Assembly: GCA_024236075.1 (NCBI GenBank)
Contig: JACKLE010000008.1
Location: forward strand, 26,516-90,515
From: Alphaproteobacteria bacterium
GTDB taxonomy: Bacteria > Pseudomonadota > Alphaproteobacteria > JACAEB01
Length of the DNA: 64,000 nt
Direction of reading: 5' to 3'
In this document: piece by piece, positions 49,114 to 57,998 of the stretch
Numbering within the stretch: position 1 is the first letter of the stretch
How the letters are laid out: each line of letters begins with the position of its first letter
Notes under the pieces: model-generated
Database searches by the model: none
Seen by the model: only the letters and a program-made list of their open reading frames with translations
What the model was told of the DNA's origin: nothing
Translations under genes and position numbers: made by a program

Positions 49114-50103
49114 GTGAGGGATCGGGCGATGCGCCTGGAGGTGGAGGCGGAGCGCTGGCCGCTGCGAAAGCCCTTCCGTATCTCGCGGGGCACGAAGGCC
49201 GATTGCGAGCTCGTCTCGGTGCGCCTCGCGGATGCCGCGCATGCGGGGCGGGGCGAGGGCGCGCCCGTCACCTATCACGGCGAGACGGCCGCAAGCCTCG
49301 CCGAGGCGGTCGAGGCCCTGCGTCCGCGCCTCGAGGCGGGCCTCACGCGCGCGGAACTGCAGGCGCTCATGCCGCGCGGCGGCGCGCGCAACGCGGTCGA
49401 CTGCGCCCTCTGGGACCTCGAGGCGAAGCGCGCGGGCCGTTCGATCTGGGAGCTGCTGGCGCTTTCGCCGCGTCCCGTGGAGACGGCCTACACGATCGGT
49501 CTCGACACGCGCGAGGCCATGATCGCGGATGCCGAGGCGGCGGCGGGGCGGCGCCTTCTGAAGCTCAAGCTCGACGCGGCCGATCCCCTGGGCGCGCTCG
49601 AGGCGCTGCACGCGGCGCGCCCCGATGCCCGCTTCATTCTCGACGCGAACGGCGCGCTCGCCGTGGACGAGGTCGCGCGCCTCGCCGGCGATTTCGCGCG
49701 GCTCGGCGCCGTACTGCTCGAGCAGCCCTGCGCGGTCGGAGCCGACGAGGGGCTGGAAGGCATCGCCTCGCCGGTGCCGCTCTGCGCCGACGAAAGCTGC
49801 CAGGACCGCTCCGACCTGCCCGGCCTCGTCCGCCGCTATCGGTACGTCAACGTGAAGCTCGACAAGGCGGGAGGGCTCACCGAGGCGCTCGCCCTCGCTT
49901 CGGCGGCGCGCGCGGAGGGCCTGCGCCTCATGGTCGGCTGCATGCTGGGCACCTCGCTCGCCATGGCGCCCGCCTTCGTCGTCGCGCAGGGCGCCGAGTT
50001 CGTCGATCTCGACGGGCCGCTCCTCCTCGCGCGCGACCGCGCCCCGGCCATCGCCTACGCGGCGGGCCGCATGGATGTCTTCGCGCCCGCGCTCTGGGGC
50101 TAG
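49114..50103 (+). CDS. dipeptide epimerase (L-Ala-D/L-Glu epimerase-like, enolase superfamily)
   Basis: The GTG at 49114 lies 6 nt after AAGGAGG. KLKLD, ILDANGA, LLEQP and CADES metal and catalytic motifs. Confidence 0.85.
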   Translation: MRDRAMRLEVEAERWPLRKPFRISRGTKADCELVSVRLADAAHAGRGEGAPVTYHGETAASLAEAVEALRPRLEAGLTRAELQALMPRGGARNAVDCALWDLEAKRAGRSIWELLALSPRPVETAYTIGLDTREAMIADAEAAAGRRLLKLKLDAADPLGALEALHAARPDARFILDANGALAVDEVARLAGDFARLGAVLLEQPCAVGADEGLEGIASPVPLCADESCQDRSDLPGLVRRYRYVNVKLDKAGGLTEALALASAARAEGLRLMVGCMLGTSLAMAPAFVVAQGAEFVDLDGPLLLARDRAPAIAYAAGRMDVFAPALWG

Positions 50104-50119
50104 GTCGCAGACCCACAAC

Positions 50120-50356
50120 GCCGTCATCCCGGAAGCCATCCCGGCCTTCGCCGGGACAAGATTTGCCCCAAATCCATGCCCCGGCGAAAGCCGGGGTTTG
50201 ATTTGGCTGGCAAATTGAGCTGTCCGGGATCTGCCGCTTGCGGAGCATCGCCCGGCCGCAGATCCCGGACGCCAAGGCTCGCAAGGCCGGAAATGCGAGC
50301 ATTTCCGGGCTCGCCTAGAGCCTGCCCCTGCGAAGGCAGGGGCTCCGGGATGACGG
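50120..50356. repeat. REP/MITE-like cluster of nested palindromes bounded by a 13-bp terminal inverted repeat
   Basis: CCGTCATCCCGGA (50120-50132) is the reverse complement of TCCGGGATGACGG (50344-50356). Internal hairpins are at 50140-50155, 50160-50174, 50179-50196, 50201-50215, 50222-50270 (13-bp arms), 50287-50308 and 50324-50343. Confidence 0.7.
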
Positions 50357-50380
50357 GGTGGGGGCCAATGGGTCGGTGAC

Positions 50381-51160
50381 CTAGAGGAGGCCCGGATAGG
50401 CGCCGCCGTCGAGGAGAATATTCTGTGCCGTGATGAATCCGGCATGCTCGCTGCACAGGAACGCGCAGACCTTGCCGAACTCGGCGGCGGTGCCGAAGCG
50501 GTGGGCCGGAATGCGCTTCGCCGCCGCCTCGCGGAAAGCCTCGCTCGAGACGCCCTGGGCCTTGGCCATGAGGCCGTGGGCGCTGCGCATGCGGTCGGTG
50601 TCGAACTGGCCGGGCAGCATGTTGTTGATCGTCACGTTGCGCTCGGCGACCTCGCGCGCAATGCCGCCGACGAAGCCCGTGAGGCCCGAGCGGGCCGCGT
50701 TCGAGAGGCCGAGGACCGGGATCGGCGACTTCACGGCGCCGCTCGTGATGTTGACGATCCGGCCGAAGCGGCGCTCGGCCATGCCGTCGAGCGTGAGGCG
50801 GATGAGCTCGACCGCGGAAAGCAGATTGGTGTCGAGCGCCTTGAGCCACATCTCGCGCGTATAGGTGCGGAAATTGCCCGGCGGGGGTCCGCCCGCATTG
50901 TTGACGAGGATGTCCGGCCGGGGGCAGGCCTTCAGCGCGGCGGCGCGGCCTTCCTCGGTCGCGAGATCGGCGGCGACGCCCTGAACCTTCGCGCCCGTCC
51001 GTGCACCGATCTCCTCGGCCGCCCTGGCGACGTCCTCCGCCGTCCGCGCGACGAGCGTGACCGCGACGCCCTCCTCCGCGAGGGCCTCGGCGCAGCCGCG
51101 CCCGAGGCCCCGGCTCGCCCCGCCGATGAGGGCCGTGCGCCCTTCGAGTCCGAGTTTCAT
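50381..51160 (-). CDS. SDR family oxidoreductase (FabG-like)
   Basis: 259 aa. IGGASRGLG and NNAGG motifs. Confidence 0.9.
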   Translation of the reverse strand: MKLGLEGRTALIGGASRGLGRGCAEALAEEGVAVTLVARTAEDVARAAEEIGARTGAKVQGVAADLATEEGRAAALKACPRPDILVNNAGGPPPGNFRTYTREMWLKALDTNLLSAVELIRLTLDGMAERRFGRIVNITSGAVKSPIPVLGLSNAARSGLTGFVGGIAREVAERNVTINNMLPGQFDTDRMRSAHGLMAKAQGVSSEAFREAAAKRIPAHRFGTAAEFGKVCAFLCSEHAGFITAQNILLDGGAYPGLL

Positions 51161-51185
51161 GGTCGTACCTCCAACGCTCGATGAA

Positions 51186-51548
51186 TCAATCCGCGGCCGG
51201 GTCCAGGGGCCGCGCGAAGCTCAGCTCGTGGCCGTCCGGGTCGCGCAAGTGGAAATGGCGCTCGCCCCACGCGCCGTCGCGCGGCGCGAACTCGGGCTCG
51301 AGGCCCAGCGCGCAGGCCGCGCGATAAAGCGCGTCGACGTCCGCGACGTGAAAGATGACCCGGCCCCACCAGCGCACGGGGCCCGCCGATTCCGCGATGA
51401 GGTTCAGCGAGACCCCGCCCACATGGAAGGTGGTGAAGGACGCCGCCCGGCCTCCCTTGGCCACGACGAAGCCCAGGCTCTCATAGAAGGCCACGGCGCG
51501 ACCCATGTCGCGCGTCGCGAGCGTCACGGCGCTAATCGTCCCGATCAT
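51186..51548 (-). CDS. VOC (glyoxalase/bleomycin-resistance) family protein
   Basis: 120 aa. MIGTISAVTLATRDMGRAVAFYESLGF is typical of the family. Confidence 0.85.
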   Translation of the reverse strand: MIGTISAVTLATRDMGRAVAFYESLGFVVAKGGRAASFTTFHVGGVSLNLIAESAGPVRWWGRVIFHVADVDALYRAACALGLEPEFAPRDGAWGERHFHLRDPDGHELSFARPLDPAAD

Positions 51549-51844
51549 CGCCGGAGTCTAGTTGGTCGGCGAGGCAACGGAAACCGACTCGTCCCTCAAA
51601 GATGACCGCGCAGTCACCGTTTCCCTCGCGCAACACCTCGCGAAAATCCGACAGCGTCCGGGCTGGAATTCGACGGCGAAGATTGGCCCGCGCCGGAGAC
51701 CCGTTTTACGGTCCGTTATTGATTCGGGTCGTCGGAAATTGGTCCGTTACCGGATGATGACTGCAACGTAACCTTTCCAACGGCATTCGGCCGCACAGGT
51801 CGAGCCGGGCAAGCAACATAGTGTTCGAGATCGGGAGAAGCGAG

Positions 51845-52579
51845 ATGGGCGTGACGAATCGGCAAGGAACCCTGCGAGCTGCCGCGCTCGCGGCGGCAAG
51901 TGCATTGGCGGCGGCACTCGCCGCGGGCCCGGCGGCGGCGGAAGGTCCCGCGCCGCAGGTCCTGGCCTATGGCGCGGACAGCTTTCGCGACGGCGGCGGC
52001 TACGGCCTTCTCGGCGCGATCGTCGGGCTCGACACGCTCGACAAGGAAGGCGTCGTCTTCAACGGCCAGGTCGAGTATCTGAATTTCGACTACCGGAACA
52101 GCGGCGGGCGGCTCGTCAATTTCGACGGCTACGGCGGAAGCGCCATGGTCGGCTATCAGTTCGTCTGGGACCAGGGCAATAGCTGGGCTTTCTATGCGGG
52201 CGCGACCTATCGCGACCTCGATGTGAAGCAGGCGGGCGAGGACCCCGATTTCGAAGGCGGCAATACGAGTCTGCGCCTCGAGACGCAGATGCATTTCGGG
52301 GAGAACGCGCCCGTCGATTTCACCGGCATCGCCTACTACGTCTCGAATTCGAGCGAGTTCTTCGCGCGCGGCCAGCTCGGCGTGAAGCTGACGGACTATC
52401 TCGCCATCGGCCCCGAGGTGCGCGTGCAGGGCAGCACGGAGTATGACGGCGTCGCGGGCGGCGGATTCGTCCGCGTGCGGCTCCTCGACAACCTCACGGT
52501 CTCCGCCAATGGCGGCTACGAGGACATGGGCGAGCTGCGCAGCGGCTATTTCGGCTTCGAGGCCGGCCTCGGCTTCTGA
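51845..52579 (+). CDS. outer-membrane beta-barrel protein (BcsS-like, tentative)
   Basis: The ATG at 51845 follows GGGAGAAG. Signal peptide ...ALAAGPAAAEG, alternating Gly/Tyr beta-strand pattern, and an ending GFEAGLGF with terminal Phe. Confidence 0.6.
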   Translation: MGVTNRQGTLRAAALAAASALAAALAAGPAAAEGPAPQVLAYGADSFRDGGGYGLLGAIVGLDTLDKEGVVFNGQVEYLNFDYRNSGGRLVNFDGYGGSAMVGYQFVWDQGNSWAFYAGATYRDLDVKQAGEDPDFEGGNTSLRLETQMHFGENAPVDFTGIAYYVSNSSEFFARGQLGVKLTDYLAIGPEVRVQGSTEYDGVAGGGFVRVRLLDNLTVSANGGYEDMGELRSGYFGFEAGLGF

Positions 52580-52587
52580 GTGGCGGC

Positions 52588-53976
52588 TCAGCGGAGGATG
52601 GCAAGGTCGATGGGCGCCGGCGCGCCCTCGACCCTGGCGCGGTCTACCGTGCGCAGCGGCCGGCCCGCATAGCCCTCCGCCACGGCCCGCTCGAAGGCCT
52701 CGCGCGTCGCGATGGCGCGCGCCTTCTCGCTCTTGGCGTGCTTCTCGAGCTTGGCGGCGAGATTCACGGCATCGCCGATGACGGTGAATTCGAGCCGCCC
52801 GCCATGGCCCACGGCGCCATAGACGACGGGCCCGGTCGCGATCGCGAAGGCGACGCCGAGCGGCACCGCGTCCGCCTCGGCGCGCGCGCGCGCCCAGGCA
52901 TCGGCCGCCTCGATCAGGCGGTCGACCGCGCGCAGGGCGTCGGCGGCGGGCGTCGGGCTCCGTCGCGCCGCCCCGAAGCTGACCAGGATGCCGTCGCCCA
53001 TGAACTTGTCGATGCTGCCGCCCGCCGCCTCGATCACCGGCAGGAAGGCGGCATGATACTCCTTGAGCAGAGCGATCACGTCCTTGGGCGGCATGTCGCG
53101 CGTCGCCGGCGTGAAGCCGCGCAGGTCGACGAAGACGATCGCGGCCTCGCGCAGCTCGCCGTCGCCCGCGGCGATGGCCGTCTCGGCGCCGCGGATGCGC
53201 GCGGCCGCGTCCCTGTCGAGGAAGCGCGAGAGATCGGCCGCGGCGGTTCCTTCCGCCACCATGCGCACGAGGAGCCCGCGCGTGCGCGTGACGGCGACGG
53301 TCAGGACGAGCGTCACCGCGAGGATCGAGACGACCTTGTCGAGCTCGGCGCCCCAGAGGAGGCTGAGCGAGGTCATGTAGTCGGGATAAAAGTCGGTGAC
53401 CGGCGCGGGCTCGGGCCCATAGGCCGCGAAGCCCACGAGCGCCATCCAGCCGGTCGCCGCGAGGAGGCCGGTGAGCACGAGCTGGCGCGCATCGAAGCGC
53501 AGCGCCCTGAGCGCGATGACGATGAAGACGTAGAGCAGCGTCGGCGCCTTGAGGTAGAGCGCCGGCGGCTCGTGATATTGCAGCGTGAAGCTCCAGATCG
53601 TCAGCATCAGGAGCACGACGTCGAGGCTCGAGGAGAGCGTCAGCACGGCGGGGCCCAGCCGGCGCAGATAGGCGAGGCGCAGGCGGGCCAGGGTGAAGGC
53701 CGCGTAGAGGCCGAGCGCGACCGGAACGGGCTCGAGTCCCATGGTCTGGGCGAAGGCCCCCCGGGTCGCGAGATAGAGCGCCGCGAAGAGCGCGACGCCG
53801 CAGAGCTGCACCCAGCCGACGAGAATCTCGGCCTGCGCCTCGAGCTCGCGCACGGCGGCCTCGAGGCGCGACGGCAGGGCCGGGGGCGAGAAGATCGCGG
53901 CGAGCTCGCGCGCGAGCATGGCCCGCACGCGCTCCACGCGGCCGGCGCGCGCCCCGTTGCGCAGCGCATCGTCCAT
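52588..53976 (-). CDS. membrane-bound class III adenylate/guanylate cyclase
   Basis: The ATG at 53976 follows GAGGAGAG. About 6 hydrophobic helices, then IVFVDLRGFT...DKFMGDGILVSFG...EFTVIGDAVNLAAKLE. Confidence 0.88.
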   Translation of the reverse strand: MDDALRNGARAGRVERVRAMLARELAAIFSPPALPSRLEAAVRELEAQAEILVGWVQLCGVALFAALYLATRGAFAQTMGLEPVPVALGLYAAFTLARLRLAYLRRLGPAVLTLSSSLDVVLLMLTIWSFTLQYHEPPALYLKAPTLLYVFIVIALRALRFDARQLVLTGLLAATGWMALVGFAAYGPEPAPVTDFYPDYMTSLSLLWGAELDKVVSILAVTLVLTVAVTRTRGLLVRMVAEGTAAADLSRFLDRDAAARIRGAETAIAAGDGELREAAIVFVDLRGFTPATRDMPPKDVIALLKEYHAAFLPVIEAAGGSIDKFMGDGILVSFGAARRSPTPAADALRAVDRLIEAADAWARARAEADAVPLGVAFAIATGPVVYGAVGHGGRLEFTVIGDAVNLAAKLEKHAKSEKARAIATREAFERAVAEGYAGRPLRTVDRARVEGAPAPIDLAILR

Positions 53977-54176
53977 GGCTCTCTCCTCGATCCTCGCGCA
54001 GTCGGGCCCGAGCTTGCACCGGCGCCGAGCGGTGCGGAAGTGCCCAGGCGCCATGGATTGGATGCCGCGAGCGCATCGTCGCTGCCGCGCGCTCCGCGGA
54101 AAATCGGCGTATAAGGCCGGTGGCGCGAAAGCGTGCCGGCACGGGCCGGCGGGGCACTCTCCTCGATGGAGGCCAT

Positions 54177-55169
54177 ATGCGCGCGATGGCCCTGGCGGCG
54201 CCGGGCTCGGCGCTGGAGCCGGTCGATCTTCCCTCCCGCGAGCCGGGGCCGGGAGAGGCGCTCATCCGCATCTCGGCCTGCGGGGTCTGCCGCACCGATC
54301 TTCACATCGTGGACGGCGAGCTGGCGCAGCATCGCAGGCCGACGATTCCGGGCCACGAGATCGTCGGGCGCGTCGCGGCGCTCGGTCCCGGCGTGGCCGG
54401 GCTGCGGATCGGCGACCGGGTCGGCGTGCCCTGGCTCGGGCACACCTGCGGAAGATGCGCCTACTGCCTGTCGGGCCGCGAAAATCTCTGCGACAAGGCC
54501 GAATTCACCGGCTGGACCCGCGACGGCGGATTCGCGCAGGCCGTCGTCGCGGATGCGCGTTTCGTCTTTCCGCTGCCGGAGCGATTCTCCGACGAGGCGG
54601 CCGCGCCTCTCCTCTGCGCGGGCCTCATCGGCTATCGGGCCTGGCGCGCCGCCGGGCCCGTCGAGGAGGTCCGCCGGATCGGCATCTACGGCTTCGGCGC
54701 GGCGGCCCACCTCATCGCGCAGGTCGCGATCGCGAGGGGCCAGGAGGTCTTCGCCTTCACGAGGCCCGGCGACGGCCAGGCTCAGGCCTTCGCGCGCGCG
54801 CTCGGCTGCGCCTGGGCCGGCGCCTCGGACGAGCGTCCCGGGGCGCCCCTCGACGCGGCGCTGCTCTTCGCGCCGGTGGGCGCGCTCGTGCCCGCGGCCC
54901 TGCGCGCGGTCGCCAAGGGCGGAACGGTCGTCTGCGCGGGGATCCACATGAGCGACATCCCCGCTTTCCCGTACGATATCCTGTGGGGCGAGCGGCGCGT
55001 CGTCTCGGTCGCCAATCTCACCCGGGCCGACGGCCTCGCCTTTCTTCCGCTCGCGGACGAACTCGGGCTGAGGCCCGAGACGACCGCCTATCCGCTCGCC
55101 GAGGCGAACCGGGCGCTCGGCGATCTGCGCGAGGGCCGGCTCGTCGGCGCCGCCGTGCTGAAGCCCTGA
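54177..55169 (+). CDS. zinc-binding alcohol dehydrogenase family protein
   Basis: ACGVCRTDLHIVDGEL, GHEIVGRV and structural-zinc CGRCAYCLSGRENLC motifs. Confidence 0.88.
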   Translation: MRAMALAAPGSALEPVDLPSREPGPGEALIRISACGVCRTDLHIVDGELAQHRRPTIPGHEIVGRVAALGPGVAGLRIGDRVGVPWLGHTCGRCAYCLSGRENLCDKAEFTGWTRDGGFAQAVVADARFVFPLPERFSDEAAAPLLCAGLIGYRAWRAAGPVEEVRRIGIYGFGAAAHLIAQVAIARGQEVFAFTRPGDGQAQAFARALGCAWAGASDERPGAPLDAALLFAPVGALVPAALRAVAKGGTVVCAGIHMSDIPAFPYDILWGERRVVSVANLTRADGLAFLPLADELGLRPETTAYPLAEANRALGDLREGRLVGAAVLKP

Positions 55170-55175
55170 CCCGCC

Positions 55176-56300
55176 TCAGCCGTTGCGGCCGGGGCGGGGC
55201 GGGGGCTCCTGAAGGAAATTGTCCTCGACCAGGGCGCGGATGAGCTCGCGGTGGCCGAAGGCCTGGCTCGGCGAGATCCAGCCGTGCCCCTTCTCCTTGC
55301 CCTCGAGGAGGCGCTGCACGCCCTCCGCGATGAAGACGCCCGTCTGCTCGTAGGAGGCCGAGCCGTAGAGCACCACCTCGCGCCCGACATTGCGCCCGCG
55401 CGCGCGCACCGAGATGACGGTGCGGTTGTAGTCCGGGTTCTCGCGCGGCGGCGAGACCGGCGTGCGCTCGTTGCCCCATTTGTTGGTGAGCTCCTCGAGC
55501 TCGGCGGGCGAGAGGCGCTTGGCGGCCTCCTCGTATTCCTTCTGCACCGAGAGGATCCAGTTCACGCCTTCGTCCGAGAGCGCGACGACGGTGCGGGCGT
55601 TGCGCACGCGCGGATGGTCCTGATACCAGAGCGGCTCGGCGCCGCCGCCCCAGGGAAGGCAGCGCATGATCTGGTGCGCGTGCGGCACCGATGCGGTGAT
55701 CGTGGCGTTCTTCGGCCACAGAGCGAGCTGGTTGTTGAGCAGAAAGTACTGCCCTTTCGTCACCATGCGGAGGAACGAGAGCGTCGAGGCGATCGTCGGC
55801 AGGCTCGCGGGCGCATAGAGGACGTCCACCGAGTCGATGCCATCGGTCTCGAGCGCGAGCTCGGCCGCCACCTCGCCGGCGGCCCACATATAGGCGAGCG
55901 CCGGGCAGCAGACGAGCCGCTTCTTCTTGTAGCCCTCGTGGAAGTCGGACTTCAGGAGCTGCATCCAGTCCGGCTCGCCCGTGGTGTCGACATAGTGGGC
56001 GCCGGCGGCGAGCGTCGCCTCGGCGACGGGCCTGCCGATCTGGCCGAAGGGGCCCGTGACGTTGACGACCACGCGCGCGCCCTTGAAGAGCTCGGTCAGC
56101 GCGCGCTCATTGTGCTCCACCGTGCGCGGCTCGCCGCGCACCTTCGCCGAGCTCGGCAGCTCCGCGAGCGCCTCCTCGAGGCGCTTCTGGCTGCGCCCTG
56201 CGGCGATGAAGGGAATGCCTCTCTGCGCCAGGCGCTCGTTGATGAGCTTTCCCGTGTAGCCGCTCGCTCCGTAGACGACGACTTCTGCCTTGTTCGCCAC
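55176..56300 (-). CDS. saccharopine dehydrogenase-like NAD(P)-binding protein
   Basis: GTG start after GAGGAGAAGG. VVVYGASGYTGKL Rossmann motif. 374 aa. Confidence 0.8.
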   Translation of the reverse strand: MANKAEVVVYGASGYTGKLINERLAQRGIPFIAAGRSQKRLEEALAELPSSAKVRGEPRTVEHNERALTELFKGARVVVNVTGPFGQIGRPVAEATLAAGAHYVDTTGEPDWMQLLKSDFHEGYKKKRLVCCPALAYMWAAGEVAAELALETDGIDSVDVLYAPASLPTIASTLSFLRMVTKGQYFLLNNQLALWPKNATITASVPHAHQIMRCLPWGGGAEPLWYQDHPRVRNARTVVALSDEGVNWILSVQKEYEEAAKRLSPAELEELTNKWGNERTPVSPPRENPDYNRTVISVRARGRNVGREVVLYGSASYEQTGVFIAEGVQRLLEGKEKGHGWISPSQAFGHRELIRALVEDNFLQEPPPRPGRNG

Positions 56301-56393
56301 CGCACCTTCTCCTCTGTCTCAGCCTTTTGCGAAATCTTTCGGTCCGCACGCGCGGCTCGGATGCCGCGCGGCCGGTTTCGTCGTGCCGCCCGC

Positions 56394-57998
56394 CTACGGC
56401 GTGAACACGTTCGGCGCGCCTTCCTTCAGCGTCTCGCGCAGGAAGCGCTCCTGCGGCTTCTCGGACGCCGTCTTGGGGATCTCCGCCACGACCTGCAGAT
56501 AGGACGGCACCATGTTCGCCTCGAGCGCGCGCCGGCAATGCGCGAAGACGGAGGCCGCGTCGAACGCCTTCATGTCCTCGGGCACGACCGCCGCGACGAC
56601 GTCCTTCTCGCCCGGCGCGCCCGATTTCGCCGGCACGCCGTAGACGAAGACGTCCGCCACGTGAGGATGCTCGGCGACCGCCTTCTCCACGAAGGCGGGA
56701 TTGATGAAGTCGCCGTTGCGGCGGATCTCGCCGCCCTTGCGGTGATGGAAGAAGAGCCAGCCGTTCTCGTCCACGTGGCCGATATCGCCGGTGTGGAGCC
56801 AGCCGCCCTCGGTCTTCTTGCCCGAGGCGCCCTCGTTCTTGAGGTAGCGCACCTGCGCCGCGCCGCCGACGGGGCGGAAGCAGATCTCGCCGGGCGTGCC
56901 GGCCGGAACGCGGTTTCCCTCGTCGTCCAGGATCGCCAGCTCCGAGCCCGGAAGCGGCTTGCCGACGCTGCCGATGGGTCCGACGCCCGGCGGGTTGATG
57001 GTGAAGCCGCCCTCGGCCGCGCCGTAAAGCTCCTGGATCTGAACGTCGAAGCGCTTGGCGAATTTTTCCCAGATCGCCGCAGGCATGCCGGCCGAAAGCA
57101 CCATGCGCACCGGATTGTCGGCATCGTTCGGCTTCTCGGGCATCGAATAGATCTCGACGGTCATGCCGCCGAGGAGATTGAACGTGGTGCAGCCATAGGC
57201 GCGGGTGATGTCCCAGAGCCGCGTCTTGGTGAACTTGCGCGAGACGACGCCCCTCAGGCCGTTGTTGAGGATCATGCCGAGCGAGATGAGCTGGGCGTTG
57301 GCGTGGGTGAGCGAAAGCCCCGTGTAAGGACGATCGTCGTCCTTGAGGCCGACGATGCGGGCGAGGGCACCGGACTCGACGAAGCGGCGATGGGCCGCGA
57401 CGATCGCCTTGGGGTCGCCCGTGGTGCCGGAGGTGAAGAGGAGCTGCATCGGCGCGGCGGGATCGGCCGAGCGCACCTCCATCTCCGGGACGGGGCCCGC
57501 GAAGGCGTCGGCGAGCGGAAAGAAGCGGTCGTCGCGCGCCGGCACGTCCTTCATGCCGCCCATCACGGCGATGAAGCCCATGGCGGGCAGCCCCGGCAGA
57601 ACCTCGAGCAGATTGGCGAGCGCGTAGTCCGCCGCGACGGCGCCCCGGCACTCGGCGAATTTGAGCATGTAGACGAGCTTCTCGCCCTTCGTGCGCGGAT
57701 CGATCGGCACGAAGACGGCGCCCAGGATTGAGGCCGCGATCATCGCCTCGACGAACTCGGGATGGTTCTGCATCAGAAGCGCGAAATGCTCGCCCTTCTT
57801 GAGGCCGCGCGCCTCGAGGGCCTTTGCGAGCTGGCGCCCGCGGTCCCATAGCTGGCGGTAGGTCCGCGTCTCGTCTGCGAGGCTGCCGTCCGGCTTCACC
57901 TCGACGAAGGTGAGGACGTCGAGATCGGGCAAGGTCTGCGCCTTCGCCCGGATCATGTTCGCCATGATGAGGGGATCGCCGCCCCCCGCCTGCGTCAT
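56394..57998 (-). CDS. AMP-dependent acyl-CoA synthetase/ligase
   Basis: The ATG at 57998 (ATGA overlap with the upstream thiolase). LLFTSGTTGDPKA and WLHTGDIG motifs. Confidence 0.9.
   Translation of the reverse strand: MTQAGGGDPLIMANMIRAKAQTLPDLDVLTFVEVKPDGSLADETRTYRQLWDRGRQLAKALEARGLKKGEHFALLMQNHPEFVEAMIAASILGAVFVPIDPRTKGEKLVYMLKFAECRGAVAADYALANLLEVLPGLPAMGFIAVMGGMKDVPARDDRFFPLADAFAGPVPEMEVRSADPAAPMQLLFTSGTTGDPKAIVAAHRRFVESGALARIVGLKDDDRPYTGLSLTHANAQLISLGMILNNGLRGVVSRKFTKTRLWDITRAYGCTTFNLLGGMTVEIYSMPEKPNDADNPVRMVLSAGMPAAIWEKFAKRFDVQIQELYGAAEGGFTINPPGVGPIGSVGKPLPGSELAILDDEGNRVPAGTPGEICFRPVGGAAQVRYLKNEGASGKKTEGGWLHTGDIGHVDENGWLFFHHRKGGEIRRNGDFINPAFVEKAVAEHPHVADVFVYGVPAKSGAPGEKDVVAAVVPEDMKAFDAASVFAHCRRALEANMVPSYLQVVAEIPKTASEKPQERFLRETLKEGAPNVFTP

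Noticed and set aside
49928-50379. Track ORFs 49928-50302 (-), 50124-50849 (-) and 50176-50379 (+), considered as small protein genes in the epimerase-SDR gap.
   Set aside because: They are read through the palindromic repeat cluster. Their peptides are the low-complexity translation of stem-loops, there is no RBS, and both strands are equally open.
51716-54295. 859-aa minus-strand ORF. Other over-long track ORFs are 20336-22270, 45561-47477, 56394-58544, 14278-16818 and 36762-38633.
   Set aside because: Each is a real gene extended upstream through stop-free GC-rich sequence, in places across a neighbouring gene. Internal starts with good Shine-Dalgarno sequences and proper N-termini (signal peptides, family N-terminal motifs) were chosen instead.
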